Shown here: piece after piece, positions 29,587 to 42,374 of the stretch
Layout of the letters: each line of letters opens with the position of its first letter
Numbering within the stretch: position 1 is the first letter of the stretch
Source: the human T2T-CHM13v2.0 reference genome, Homo sapiens
Length of the DNA stretch: 64,000 nucleotides
Assembly: GCA_009914755.4 (NCBI GenBank)
Contig: CP086569.2
Span: 62,368,001 to 62,432,000, forward strand
Direction of reading: 5' to 3'
Translations under genes and position numbers: made by a program
The notes under the pieces: generated by a model
What the model was told of the DNA's origin: nothing
What the model saw: only the letters and a program-made list of their open reading frames with translations
The model's database searches: none

Positions 29587-29966
29587 AGCTACCCTCCCAT
29601 CTGGCAGTCTGATCCATCCTCCTTTTTTTTACTTGCCCCCTTTCTGAGTGGAAGAAGTCTTTCTTCCTTAGAATAGGTAGGTACCAGGTCAGGTGTTTGA
29701 GGGAGTAAGGGGGTTGCTACCGATGCCCAGTAAGGGGTAGATGCTGCTTTTCAAGCTTCTGAGTCAGCTCGAGAGTTTCCTAAGGCCACTGAGGTGGAAG
29801 CTCGCTGGTGTCCCCTGCAGTGCATGACTGCCACCTTCTGAGGTTTCCACACTGCCTCTAATAATTGTAGAACTTCTTGTTGATATTTTATGTCCTTTCC
29901 CCTAGAGTTTAACAGGCCCTTTTACTTATATAATGCTCCATGCACTTGAAGGATTAGAAAGGCATA

Positions 29967-30407
29967 TCAAGAGTCAGTGTAGATGTTTACAGTCTTACCT
30001 TCACTGAGTTCTAGAGCCCGAGTTAAAGCAATGAGCTCAGCCTTCTGGGCTGAAGTGCCCTGTGGCAATGGTTTGGCTTCAATGACAGCATCCAAAGTTA
30101 CCACCGCATATCCTGCACATCTTTCTCCATGTGGATTGATGAAGTTGCTCCCGTCCATGTATAACTCCCAGTCTGCTGATGCCCATGGCTGGTCCCGAAG
30201 GTCAGGTCTGCTAGGATAAACTGAGTCCAACACTTCTACACAGTTATGCTTGACCGGGCTCTCTGATACTGGGAGCAGGGTGGCGGGATTTAGGGTGTTA
30301 CGGACTTCAATGGTTATGCGGGGATTTTCACATAGCAAGCTTTGGTACTTGGTTAATCTAGCATTTGTTAGCCAATGATGTCCTTTGCTATTCATCAAAG
30401 TTACCAC
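29967..30407 (-). pseudogene. ERV RNase H domain remnant
   Basis: 146-aa ORF ..DGSNFINPHGERCAGYAVVTLDAVIEAKPLPQGTSAQKAELIALTRALELSEGKTVNIYTDS, collinear with the MLV RNase H. Confidence 0.7.
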
Positions 30408-30467
30408 AGCATGGAGGGCCTTTATATTCAGGTTTTGCCCAAGGGTTAGTTTATCTGCTTCTTGTGC

Positions 30468-31076
30468 TCACAGGGCTGTTGCTGCCAGGGCCCTTAGACA
30501 TGGTGGCCAGACTTTGGAAACCTCATCTAGTTGTTTTGAGAGATAGGCCACTGGCCTTGGCTGGGGCCCCACAGTCTGGGTTAAAACTCCAACTGCCATT
30601 TTTTCTCTTTCTGACACATAGAGTGTAAAGGGCTTTGTCAAATCTGGTAGTCCTAGGACTGGGGCCGACATAAGTTTTTCCTTTAACTTACAAAAGGCTT
30701 GCTGTTGTAGAGGCCCCCATTCAAAAGGCTCCCGGTCGCCCCCATTTGTAACCCTGTAGAAAGGTTTGGCTAGTACTGCAAAGTTTGGAATCCATAATCT
30801 GCAAAACCCCACAGCTCCTAGGAATTCCCTTACTTGCCTTCTGGTTTTAGGTTCCAGTAGGCTGCAGATGACCTGCTTTCTTTCTGACCCCAGGCTGCAC
30901 TCCCCTTTCTGAACAGTAAATCCCAGGTAGCTTACCTGCTGTCTGCAGATCTGAGCTTTCTTCTTGGACACCTTATACCCACAGTCCTCCAGGTGCTGAA
31001 GCAGGGCATCCGTCCCTTTTGCACACCCAACTGCCATGGAGTGTCCCAGCAGAAGGTAGTCCACACACAGGAGCAA
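30468..31076 (-). pseudogene. ERV reverse transcriptase (palm/thumb/connection) remnant with inactivated YVDD to CVDY
   Basis: 202-aa ORF MLLCVDYLLLG..LGFTVQKGECSLGSERKQVICSLLEPKTRRQVREFLGAVGFCRLWIPNFAVLAKP.. collinear with gammaretroviral RT. The catalytic YVDD box reads CVDY. Confidence 0.8.
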
Positions 31077-31115
31077 GACACAGCCTAGGTCTTTAGCAGG
31101 AAACTTTTGCAGGTC

Positions 31116-32471
31116 TTAAGCCAGGGCCTCCCCAAAGATAGTAGGGGAGATCTTGAACCCTTGGGGAAGCCAGGTCCAAGTGTACTGAGTAGTGACACCT
31201 GACTCCGGATCTTCCCACTGAAAGGCAAACAGCTTCTGGCTCTCAGGAGCTATTTTGATGCTAAAGATGGCATCTTTTAAGTCCAGACAGGTAAACCAGC
31301 TGTCCTCAGCCGGCAGCAGCCCTAACAATGTGTAAGGGTTAGGAACTGTTGGGTGCAGAGTCACTGTAGCTTGGTTGACCAAGCGCAAGTCCTGTACGGA
31401 TCGATAGTCCTTGGTCCCTTGGCTTAGGGACAGGGAGGAGGGGGTGTTCCATGGAGACTGGCAAGGAACTAGAATTCCAAACGCTTTCAAGCGCCTGAGA
31501 TGAACCTGGATTCCTTCGAGAGCTTCTCTGGGAACTGGATACTGCTTTTGTCTAATTGGTTGGGCCCCAGGCTTAACTTCTATGAGTACAGGGGCTTGGT
31601 TGACCACCAGTCCCAGAGGATTATCCTCTGCCCATACTTGGGGCCATCGCTTAGCTAGAGCTGGTTTTATCTCTTGGCCTGGCTCAGTTAGAAAAAGTCT
31701 CCATTCTTCTTCCTGGGGGACCATAAGGGCCATGATAACTCCTGTTCCTGGTAACTTTAGCTGTAAAGAGCCCTGTTTTGTAAAGGAGATGTTGGCTGTC
31801 AGCTTGCTAAGCAAGCCTTTTCCCAGCAAGGGCACGGGACAGTCAGGCATGTAAAAGAACTGGTGAACTATCTCAGGTCCCCGCACCGAGCAGGTCTGTG
31901 GTAGACAGAAAGTGTGCTTAGTGGAAACTCCTGTTGCTCCGATTATATCAATGATTTTCTTGGATAAGGGGGTGACTGGGGTGGTCACTACTGAATGTTC
32001 AGCACCGGTATCAACCAAAAATTTAATGTCCTTGCCCCCAGTTGTAATCCTGACCATGGGCTCTTTGGGGGCGCTTGAGCCCGGTCCCCTTCCATCCAGT
32101 AGCCCTTCAGCCAGATTGAACAAAGCTCCCTCATCTTTATCTGAGGTCTTTTGTTGTGAATCACCTTGCTTTTCCTTCAGTTGGGAACAATTATCTTTCC
32201 AATGTCCTATTTCCTTACAATAGGCGCACTGGTTACGTTGCAAGAGTGTGCCATTAGACTGGGTATTCTTCCTGGAACCCCCCTTTCCCTCTCCTTTCAG
32301 GGGAATTCCCCTAATGGCCGTGGCCAGTAAGTCGGCGTTTTGCCTGGCCTGGCGTTCGCCTTCCTTACAGCTTTCTCTGCGGCTTGTTGCATCTCTATTC
32401 ACAAACACTTGATTGGCTATTTCCAGTAACTGTGAGGTATTCATATCCACAAACCCAGCCTGTTTCTGCAA
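31116..32471 (-). pseudogene. ERV gag-NC / protease / RT N-terminus remnant (451-aa ORF)
   Basis: Contains the CCHC knuckle CAYCKEIGHWKDNC, protease active site LVDTGAEHSVVT, RT fingers LVPCQSPWNTP..LDLKDAIFSI..LPQGFKISPTIFGEAL. Confidence 0.8.
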
Positions 32472-33660
32472 TTTTCTCCTGATATCTTCTGTGCTTTGAC
32501 TAAGGCCGTGTTAATCATGCGCTGATTTTCAGGGTTATCTGGATCAAAACGAATGTACATATGGTAAGCCTCACACAGTCTTTCATAGAATTGCACTGCA
32601 CTTTCCTCTTTTCCTCGGTTGACCTTAGAGACCTTATTTACATTTGTAGCCTTTTGAGCCCCTTTCTTTAGACCTTCTATTAATGCCTCATGGTACCGTC
32701 TTAGCCTCTCCATGTCTGGTCCCTCATTCGGGTCCCATTAGGGGTCTGTTCCTGGCAGCTGAATTCTTATATATTCTTGGGGGTTTTGGTAATCGGCTGG
32801 GATGTGCTCCTCTAGCCACTTAGTTGCCGCCTGGAGTACCCTTCGCCTTTAATCTGTATTAAAGAGGTACATGAGCAGCTGGTGGCAATCAGCCCAAGTA
32901 GGATTATGAGTCTGTATAATAGTTTGGAGCAAGTCAATTAAAGCTTGAGGCTTTTCGGTATAAGATGGAGTATTATTTTTCCAATTGAGGAGGTCAGCAG
33001 GGGTGAAAGGTTGATACACAAAGGCACGCCTTTCCACCATGTGTCCCTCCTCATCTATCCCAGTATATCGCTGCTCTCTCAGGGGCATTTGGATTCCAGT
33101 CTTGGGCTGTAAGCGAGCTGCCATGGGAGGAGTTTCTCCCGCGGCTTCATTTCCTCTTTTGTCTACTCTGGGTGGTCTAGGGGTGTGGTTATCTGGTGGA
33201 GGTGTAGGTGCTGTGGGCTCAGGGGTGGGGAGCCCTTCCTCTCGATAAGGAGGGGGTACTGCTGGTACCAATTCCTGCCATGATTCTTCTAGTGTTGGGT
33301 CGGACAGGACTTCTGGTGCTGACTTCCCTCAGCAGGTGGAGCGTGAACCTTCCTTAACTAACTGCCCGTTTGCTACTAGTACTGCTGCTGCCTGTCCTCT
33401 TAACCACTGTCGGGGGTCCAAAACTAGCTGTAAGCAAGAATCTATATATGGGAACTTATCTGAGTGCCCTGACTTACAGGTTACCCTCTGCCATACCTTC
33501 AAGACAAGGGACCTGTCCAGGCTTCCTTCTGATGGCCAACCCACCTCTAAATTTTCCTGGTGTCATGTTGACTCCATAGTCTCCTTTAAATCCCTTTTTG
33601 AAATTTTTCAACATAGTTCCTAGTGGGGTGGGCTTACTTTGTGCCTGATCCATGTTTTCT
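32441..33660 (-). pseudogene. ERV gag (MA-p12-CA) remnant with PPPY late domain
   Basis: ORF 32849-33271 has PAVPPPYREE (PPxY late domain) in a Pro-rich p12-like region. ORF 32441-32713 is capsid-like. Putative gag ATG near 33650 on the - strand (MDQAQSK..). Confidence 0.65.
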
Positions 33661-34202
33661 CAAGACAAAACACCACGCTCACACTACACGCACACCACAA
33701 AACAAAGAACAGGTAAAAAGGGCACACACACACTTTTACAGTTTACACCAAACCAGAATCAAAACCAAAATCAGAGTATCAAGAAATCCAAGCCAGGTCA
33801 AAACCAAAACCAAAGTATCAAGCAATCCAAGTCAAGTCAAAAACAAAAAACCAAAGTGCTGGCGGGGGCACGCTGTGGGTGATCAGGCCACATTTCCACT
33901 AAAATGGGGTAGGCAAGTTCCAAAGACTAGTGTTACCAAGTTTCAGATGTCTAGACTCCAAGTGCCAGTTCCTTCCCAGTGTTCAGCCACTGCATTGATC
34001 CTCCATGGGGGCCTGCCACATGCTGCTCTGGCGAGGCATTCCACCAGGGCAATTGCCTACCCGGGAGCGCTCTCAGGATCTGTGTTGCTCAAGCTGGCTG
34101 GAGTCCCCGGCAGGGATGCTCCACAGGGCAGGCCTAAGCCACCTAAGGGGCTGCCTTGACCATCCATTAATCACCTCACTTCCCAGTCAGGGAACCAAGA
34201 AA

Positions 34203-34560
34203 TGTAGCAGGACAAGCCGCAGACAAAACCCCTCAGACATCGAGTTAAAGAAGGAAACAGTTTATTCGGCCAGGAGCATCAGCAAGACTTCTGTCTCAAG
34301 AGCCGAGCTCCCCAAGTGAGCAATTCCTGTCCCTTTTAAGGGCTCACAACTCTAACGGGGTACATGTGAGAGGGTCATGATCAATTGAGCAAGCAGGGAG
34401 TACGTGACTGGGGGCTGCATGCACCAGTAATTAGCAGTTGCAAGGGATTTCAGGCTTAAACACTTATGTTTATGTAATCAAAAGGTACAGTTAACTGACA
34501 AAAGTGCTAGTGTATATCTTGACAACCTACAGAAATATTTGCAAATATCTTTCTCTATAC
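34203..34560 (-). mobile_element. ERV 5' LTR (truncated or diverged, abuts L1-like sequence)
   Basis: 34211-34445 is about 90% identical to 25945-26170. Beyond about 34450 the similarity to the 3' LTR is lost, and 34600-34750 looks L1-derived. Confidence 0.5.
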
Positions 34561-34754
34561 AATGGACAATTAGTAAAGTAAGCTTAGATATTTAAGCCGA
34601 TGAATTATTAATATTTGTCTTCTAATCCATAAACATGGAGTGTCTTTACATTTACTTAGGGTTTCTTGAATTTATTTCAGCAATATTTTGTAATTTTCCA
34701 TGTCTAAGTCTTGAATATTGGTTAAATTTATTCTTAAAACATTATTACTGTTGA

Positions 34755-34917
34755 TTTTTTTTTGTTTTTTTGAGACAGGGCCTTATTCTGTTGCCCAGGT
34801 AGGGTGTGGTAGGGTGATCATAGCTCACTGCAGCTTCAAACTCCTTGGCTCCAGTAATCCTCCCACCTTGGCCTCCCAAAGTACTGGGGTTAAAGATATA
34901 AGCCACCACACCCAGCC
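34755..34917 (-). mobile_element. Alu element, internally deleted
   Basis: Poly-T then ..gagacagggccttattctgttgcccagg..gcctcccaaagtactggggttaaagatataagccaccacacccagcc. Only about 160 bp. Confidence 0.8.
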
Positions 34918-35214
34918 TTTTTTTTTTGCTTTCTGTTTTGAAAATTCCAAAGGATGCTTTATAGTCAATGAAAATATAGTACTTTGAATTGCCCAAAAGA
35001 GGCATAATGCATAAAAACTCTAAGTTGTATAGTTGACTCGCTGACCATCTGGCTACAGTTTAGTTACCTCTTCAAGTTGTACCTAATAACCTTCCAGAAT
35101 TGCTTTTAAATAAACTTCTTAAATTGTAGCAATAAAAATGACAGGACACATTTAAAAAATACTGAAGCTTATCAAAGGACATAAGAAATTTCAACTCTTC
35201 TTTCCCCCCCGCTC

Positions 35215-35528
<314 letters not shown>

Positions 35529-36559
35529 TAAGTTATGAATATGTTTATAATGCAATTATTTGCATAACTCTAGTAATGCTATGGACAGCTATAAGATCAA
35601 AATAGTTTTCTAAAGAAAATACTAAATACATAAAAACACTTATCCCCATTATTTACTTGTAGAACACGTTCATTTATGACTAATTTTCAGCATTCATTAT
35701 GTCATCATTGCTCTGATTTTAAAAGTCATATCCAAAGGATAAGGCAAAACCACCTATGAATTGACATATTTGTTTATCTCTCAGTTTGTGAAAATGTCCT
35801 TAATTTGTTGATGTTGCAAACAGATTTCAACTCTGCCATGCAAAAAACAGAAGACAATCTTCTTTGCAATGAATTTTGTAGCTCCATTGCATACAAGGAA
35901 CATGCTATATATGAAACAAAATAGTAACTCAAGTACAGGTCTTAAACACTGAAAGAACTAACAGTTTATTACAATTTATTTTATTAACAATCTAGGAAGT
36001 TCACAGCCTCAGCAGTTCTAGTGTCATTTCAGGTGAAATGGGAATTTAAGAATCTCTGTGGAGCTGTAGGTATAGCGAAACTTTTAGGTAAAATACGTGC
36101 CTGCTTTTGGCAGCACTTGTGAAGAGATCTCTCTCAAATTGACCTAATTGGTTTCATTCTCAGCAAAATGACCTGGGCCACTCAACATGGGTCTCCTTCT
36201 TCCTGATGTTTGGGCGTGTTCTCTTTTTACAACATATTTATGATTCAGAAGATATTCATTTGACATCTTGGCATCAGGGCTTTCACAGCCAATGTACGTT
36301 TTCTCCTCTTCATCCATTATGTTCTTAAGGAATTCTACTTTGATTCTCTAGGAACTTCAGTTGTTTCTTGTCAGCCCTGCAGCCACTGCAGCCAAGTCCC
36401 CATGTAGCACCACAGCCCCTATTCCAAGGCCGTCCCCCACCCCAAGCTGCCTGCCCTGTGTGTTCCAGGGCAGTTGGAGGTATTCCAGCCTGTTAGTTTT
36501 CAGAAATGAAATTGTTGTCTTAATTTCATTTTCATATCATTTATTGCTAGTATACAGAA

Positions 36560-37062
36560 ATATATTTTTGTGTATTAATATTTTGTCCTGTAACTTTGCT
36601 TAATTTCTTTACTAGTTTTAACAATTTCTTGTTGGTTCCTTATGATTTTCTGTGTATGAGATCATGGGATCTGTGAGTAGGTAGTTTTACTTTTTTCTTT
36701 CACATATGAATGACTTTGTATATATATATATATTTTTTTTTTTTCTAATTGTTCTGGATGGAACTTCTAGTACAGTGTTGAACACAATGATGAAAGTGAG
36801 CATCAGTGCTGTGTTCCTGATCTTAAAGCTTTGGGTGCCAACAATTCAGGTGGTGATTGTTATGGGTTTTGCATAAAGGTGTTTTATCATGTGAAGAAAA
36901 TTCGAATCTTCAGCTTATTGGTGGTTTTTATCATTAAATACGTTGATTATCTTTAAGTACTTTCTGTAACAGTTGAGATAAACGTGTTTTTCCCATCATT
37001 TTAATTATATAGTATACGGAAAAGGAATGGCTTTAGTATGTTGAAAAACCTTTGATTTTCTG

Positions 37063-37096
<34 letters not shown>

Positions 37097-37230
37097 CTTC
37101 ATTGTGGTGTATAATGTTTTCGCTATGTACCAAATTCCACTTACTATGATTTGGTTAAACATTATTAAGTCTATCATTATGAGTTTTATTAACATTTAGT
37201 TTTTTTGTCCTGGTGATATCATATGTTTGA
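36560..37230. mobile_element. LINE-1-derived fragments with long poly(A) (37066-37092), tentative
   Basis: AT-rich. A 30-nt A-run. The segment tcttcattgtggtgtataatg resembles L1 ORF2. Orientation and subfamily not resolved. Confidence 0.3.
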
Positions 37231-37505
37231 GTCAGTACTCGATTGGGGTTAGAAAAAGGTATGGCTTGGTGTACTATTTAGGGTATTAGTGGTTAGCAGT
37301 TAGAGGGTTAGAGGTTATACCAAAAAAAAAAAAAACCCAGAATTTTTGAAGGATTATGGGCTAAGGTTAAGTGTAGGATAGACGTTGGGGATTAGGGTTA
37401 AGGAGTTAGAATGTCAGAGCAAAGATTAGGCTTAGGGTGAGGGTTAGAATTAGAGATTATGGTTAGGGTTAGGGTTAGGGTTAAAGTTAGGGGTCAGGGT
37501 TGTGA
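37230..37505 (+). repeat. Telomere-like hexamer array, block 7 (better preserved)
   Basis: ..ggttagggttagggttagggttaaagttaggggtcagggtt.. at 37440-37500. Confidence 0.8.
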
Positions 37506-37509
37506 AAGG

Positions 37510-37930
37510 AAAATATCTTGGGCCCCAAAATTACTAAGCTAAGGGATAAGTCAAGCTCGGAACTGCTCAGGACAAACCTGCCTCCCATTCTTTTCAAAGT
37601 CATCCCTCTGCTAACTGAGGTAGATGAATATTCTGATTGTCTCCTTTGGAAAGGCTTATCAGAAACTCAACAGAATGCAACCATTTTTCTCTCACCTACC
37701 TGTGACCTAGAAGCCCCTCCCTGCTTCAAGTTGTCCCTGCCTTTCCAGACGGAACCACTGTACTTCCTACATATATTGAATGATGTCTCTTGTCTCCCTA
37801 AAATGTATAAAACCAAGCTGTGCCCTGACCACCTTCAGCACATGTCATCAGGACTTTCTGAGGCTGTGTCAGGGGCCTGCATCCTCTACCTTGGCAAAAT
37901 AAAATTTCTAAATTAACTGAGACCTGTCTC
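37510..37930 (+). mobile_element. LTR fragment of the same family as 14380-14840, embedded in telomere-like repeats
   Basis: About 75% identity to 14480-14840 (..tgtctccctaaaatgtataaa.ccaagctgt.ccct..ctgaggctgtgtca.gg..caaaataaa.tttctaaatt.actgagacctgtctcagat.tt.tgggtt). AATAAA at about 37895. Confidence 0.5.
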
Positions 37931-38015
37931 AGATTTTCTGGGTTTACAGGGTTTAGGGTTGGGATTTGGTTAGGTATTAGAGTTAGGGTTAGGGTTAGGG
38001 TTATAAGAACCCCTA
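37925..38015 (+). repeat. Telomere-like hexamer array, block 8
   Basis: gggtttagggttgggatttggttaggtattagagttagggttagggttagggttataag. Confidence 0.8.
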
Positions 38016-38199
38016 AGGGCTTCATATAAAGGTTTTACAATTAATCTGAAAGAAAGAATCCATATTCTGCAAAACTTGGCCCTACCCAAAAAGGACTCAA
38101 GCTGTTATTTATTTACTGGAGTTGTCATGTGTAAAATAAGATCTTTACAAGTGCTAGAGAGGCTCTCTGTACCAGGGGTTAAAATACCCCCAAATTGAA

Positions 38200-38900
38200 C
38201 CCTTTATGTGCATATTTGTTCCTTAGAAGGAGATACTTCATATCCACAATCAGCAATTTTATTCAGTACTCGTACTGTATTTTGCTCTAAAACAGCCTTG
38301 TTAGGACTACAGATTAGCAGGTCACCCACATACTGGAGTAGATTGCTATCTGGGAGAAGCTGCAGGGTGGACAGGTCTTTAGCTAAGTCCTGTCCAAAAC
38401 AGTGGAGGCTATCTCTGAATTCCTAGGACAGAATAGTGCAAGTTAACTATTAAGTTATTTGAGTATCTAGGTCTTGCTATTCAAAAGCAAACAAAAATTG
38501 GCTATCTTGTGTACGGAATGCAGAAAAAGGCATCCTTAAGATCAAGTACAGTAAACCAAGCTGCAGTGGAGGAAATTTGTCCAAAAGAGACTAAGGGTTT
38601 GTGACAATAGGATGAATAGGAATAACAGCTTCATTAATAATTCTAAGGTCCTGTACTAGCTGGTAGGAGCCATCTGGTTTTTTTGCAGCAAAAATGGGAG
38701 TGCTGCAATGCAAGTTGCAAGGGCACAATAATCCATGGGTTAAACATTTTGTTATTAGGGGCTTTAACACTTTTTGGGCTTCTGGTTTCAAGGGGTATTG
38801 GCGGTTCTTGGGAACTTACTGGGATTTTTAAGCTGAATGATGATGGGAGCAGCTGATATTGAATGGCCAGAAATAGAAGTATTCCAGACCTCAAACGGCA
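38200..38900 (-). pseudogene. Second class I ERV pol (RT N-terminal) remnant
   Basis: ORF 38591-38791 LITKCLTHGLLCPCNLHCSTPIFAAKKPDGSYQLVQDLRIINEAVIPIHPIVTNP matches the RT fingers (..LVPCQSPWNTP..VKK.....YR.VQDLR.VN......HP.VPNP). Distinct from the provirus at 26-34.5 kb. Confidence 0.6.
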
Positions 38901-39141
38901 CTTGTTTTAGAATGTGAGGTTCTATAGACTGTAGCAGCTCTTTTAGTGAAGTGTGAGTTCATACAGTTAGAAAGTGGGGCCTTAGCTATAAATTGTCTTG
39001 TAATTTTGTGAGTAAGTCATGACCTAATAATGGAACAGGAGAGCTTGGCATGACTAAAAAGGAGTGGCTAAAGACATAACCTTCCCTTTTACAAGAGACT
39101 GGTGGTGTGAAACAGCCTCATTGGGGTTTTCCATCAATACC

Positions 39142-39490
39142 TGATATAGTTTAGTCTCTGTGTCCCCACCCAAATCTCATGTCCAATTGTAATCCCCACA
39201 TGTCAGGGGAGGGACCTAGTGAGGTGATTGGATCATGGGGGTGGATTTCCCCCATGTTTTTCTCATGATAATAAGTTCTCATGAGATCTGATGGCTTAAA
39301 AGTGTGGCACTTCCCTGTTCACTCTGTCTCTCTCCTGCCACCATGTAAGATGCCTTCTGCCATAATTGTAAGTTTCCTGAGATTTCCCCAGCCATGCACA
39401 ACTGTGAGCCAATTAAGCCTCTTTTCTTTATAAATTACCCAGCCTCAGGTAGTTCCTTATAGCAGCATGAAAATGAACTAATACAGAAAT
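39142..39490 (+). mobile_element. THE1/MST-type LTR (5' LTR of MaLR element)
   Basis: tgatatagtttagtctctgtgtccccacccaaatctcatgtccaattgtaatccccacatgtcaggggagggacc .. aaatgaactaatacag. Confidence 0.75.
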
Positions 39491-39956
39491 TTGGTACCAG
39501 GAAAGTGGGGCACTGCTATAAAGATACCAGAAAATGTGGAAGTGACTTTGGGACTGGGTAACAGGCAGAGGTTGGAACAGTTTAGAGGGCTGAGAAGAGT
39601 ACAGTAAGATGTGGGAATGTTTGGAACTTTAGAGACTTGTTGAATGGTTTTGACCAAAATGCTGATAGTGATATGGACAGTGAAGTTCAGGCTGACGTGG
39701 TCTCAGATGGAGATGACAAACTTATTGAGAACTGGAGCAAAGGTCATTCTTGCTATGCTTTAGCAAGAAGACTGGCAGCATTATGCCCCTGCTCTAAGGG
39801 ATCCATGGAGCTTTCAACTTGAGAGACATGATTTAGGGTATCTGGTGGAAGAAATTTCTAAGCAGCAAAGCATTCAAGATGTTGCCTGGCTGCTACCAAT
39901 GGCATACAGTCATATGCATTCACAAAGAGATGGTCTGAAATGGGAACTTATGTTTA

Positions 39957-40459
<503 letters not shown>

Positions 40460-40771
40460 TCACAGGCCCAGAGGCCGAGGAAGAAAAAATGGTTCCATGG
40501 GTTGGGCCTAGGGCCCTGCTGGTCTGTGCAGCTTTGAGGCATGGTACCCTGCATCCCAGCTGCTCCAGCTTCAGCTGTGGCTAAAACGGACCAAGGTACA
40601 GCTTAGGCCATTGCTTCAGAGGTGAAAGCCCCAAGTCTTGGTGGCTTCCACATGGTATTGGGCATGCAGGTATGCAGAAGGCAAGAGTTAAGGCTTGGAA
40701 GCCTCCACCTAGATTTCAGAGGATATATGGAAACACCTGGACGTCCAGGCATAAATCTGCTGCAGGGGCAG

Positions 40772-41404
40772 ATGTTGGGGTGATCAGACCCAACACCAGG
40801 TCATGGGGGTGACGAAGTCTGGTGGAGTCAAAGGAATGAGAAAAGACAGTTAGAGAGAGAAACTGGGTCCAGGGGGCCAATGTGAGTATGGAGGCTGTGA
40901 AGGCCCTGAGCTCTGGAAGCCCAGACTATTTATTGGTGATCAAAGAAACAGGTGGTGAGAATGTGGGGTTGAAAGGGCGCATTGCATTAAGCACAAGATT
41001 TACAGCTGTAATGGTTTAGAATATGCTCTGCTACTTGAGATAATGGAGAGCAGGTTCTTTTAACTCAAGATACAATCAATCCTGGGAGAGCAAGGAGCAA
41101 GGAGCCAGCAAGTCTAGACACATTTCAGAGACCATGAGGGGTTTTATGCTCTGAGCCCTGGATTCTATCCAAGCCATGAGGGGTTTTGTGCTCTGAGCCC
41201 TGGATTCTATCCAAGCCATGAGGGGTTTTATGCCCTGGGCTTAGATTATGGTGCATCAGGGTAGCCTTCCACCTTTTAGCACAGAGCTTGGTGTTCCAAA
41301 GGCCATGAGGGGTTTTAGACCCTGGACCTTGGACATGTTCCAAGACTCTTTTACATCATTTCAGACTTGCAAGCCCTGCCTCTGTTTCTCCCAACACTCA
41401 GCTT
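40772..41404 (+). repeat. Direct repeat copy A (about 95% identical to 43637-44240)
   Basis: atgttggggtgatcagacccaacaccaggtcatggg..ctcagcttctcccaaca. Contains three 44-bp tandem units versus two in copy A'. Confidence 0.85.
41125..41260 (+). repeat. Minisatellite, 44-bp unit x3 (ccatgaggggttttatgctctgagccctggattctatccaag)
   Basis: Three consecutive near-identical 44-bp units. The paralogous copy at about 43990-44080 has two. Confidence 0.75.
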
Positions 41405-42029
41405 CTCCCAACATGCCCCCCTTTTCTTTTTTGTAAAACCGCCACAGCTCTCATTGCTTGTTCTTGGTGGCAGCTTTCTCTTCAGAGGTGGCTTCCTCTT
41501 CAGAGGCAGCTTCCACATCTGCAGACTAAAAGGAGACAGCACAAGCACACAACCACCAGAACAAAATCCACAAATGTAGAGCCTCCAATGGCCTTCAACT
41601 GTAAATCTTTTGGAATGGGATAAGAGTTTTTAAGGATCTCAGTTACAATATAAATAGAGGGTGATGTCTCCCATGGTCTATTTAGTGACACAGGGATCCA
41701 AACTCCTTCCCTGGCTTTAATTATCAAGATAATTTGATTTTTATCAAAGGTTGAATTAATGCAGGTAAACAAGCAACATTCAGAGCATGTAATAAAACGT
41801 GTATTTATATCAAGAGTAACATTTCCTATTGCTAGCACAACCTTGAATCCAAAAGGTCCTGTCGGAGAGAAAAGAAAGAGCATGTTTATCCTTCCTTGCC
41901 TCCTCCTCTCTATTCCTTTTATATTTGCCCTCTCAGATTTTGATTGGACTTTGAGCCATAGCTAATTTCCATAATTCAGAATGTTCCTGTCTGTCCCTGC
42001 AAATCTCTGCTAGTCTTCACTACTCTCTA

Positions 42030-42240
42030 CTTTTGTACCTCTTTAAGGCACTGACCAGTACCTCTTTAGGGCACTGACCTTATATTGCTAGTCTTTGCTT
42101 TTGTACCTCTTTAGGGCACAGACCAGTACCTCTTTAGGGCACTGACCTTATATTACTAGTCTTTACTTTTGTACCTCTTTAGGGCACTGATCAGTACCTC
42201 TTTAGGGCACTGACCTTATATTGCTAGCCTTCATCTATCT
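42030..42240 (+). repeat. Minisatellite, about 62-bp unit x3.3
   Basis: gtacctctttagggcactgaccttatattgctagtctttgcttttgtacctctttagggcacagaccagtacctctttagggcactgacc.. repeating. Confidence 0.7.
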
Positions 42241-42282
42241 CTATCTGTCCCTGTCTGTCCCTATGGTACCTGTTAGTTCCTG

Positions 42283-42350
42283 CAAGTTCCTGTCTTTCCC
42301 TACTTAGCTGTACTTACTTAGCTGTACTTACTTAGCTCTACTTACTTAGC
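42283..42350 (+). repeat. 15-bp tandem repeat x4 (tacttagctgtactt)
   Basis: cttagctgtacttacttagctgtacttacttagctctacttacttagctc. Confidence 0.65.
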
Positions 42351-42374
42351 TCTATCTCTTCCTGGAAACCTTTT

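Larger units (their letters stand above)
25937..34560 (-). mobile_element. Gammaretrovirus-like (class I) endogenous retrovirus provirus, LTR-gag-pro-pol-env-LTR, degraded
   Basis: On the - strand in order: gag with PPPY late domain and CCHC zinc knuckle (CAYCKEIGHWKDNC), protease LVDTGAEHSVV, RT motifs (LPQGFK.SP, mutated YVDD), RNase H (..NIYTDS), integrase HHCC plus D,D35E core plus [32 protein letters not shown] tail, env TM with immunosuppressive-domain-like [26 protein letters not shown]. About 230-bp near-identical direct repeats at 25945-26170 and 34211-34445 are the LTR remnants. Multiple frameshifts and stops, so non-functional. Confidence 0.85.
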
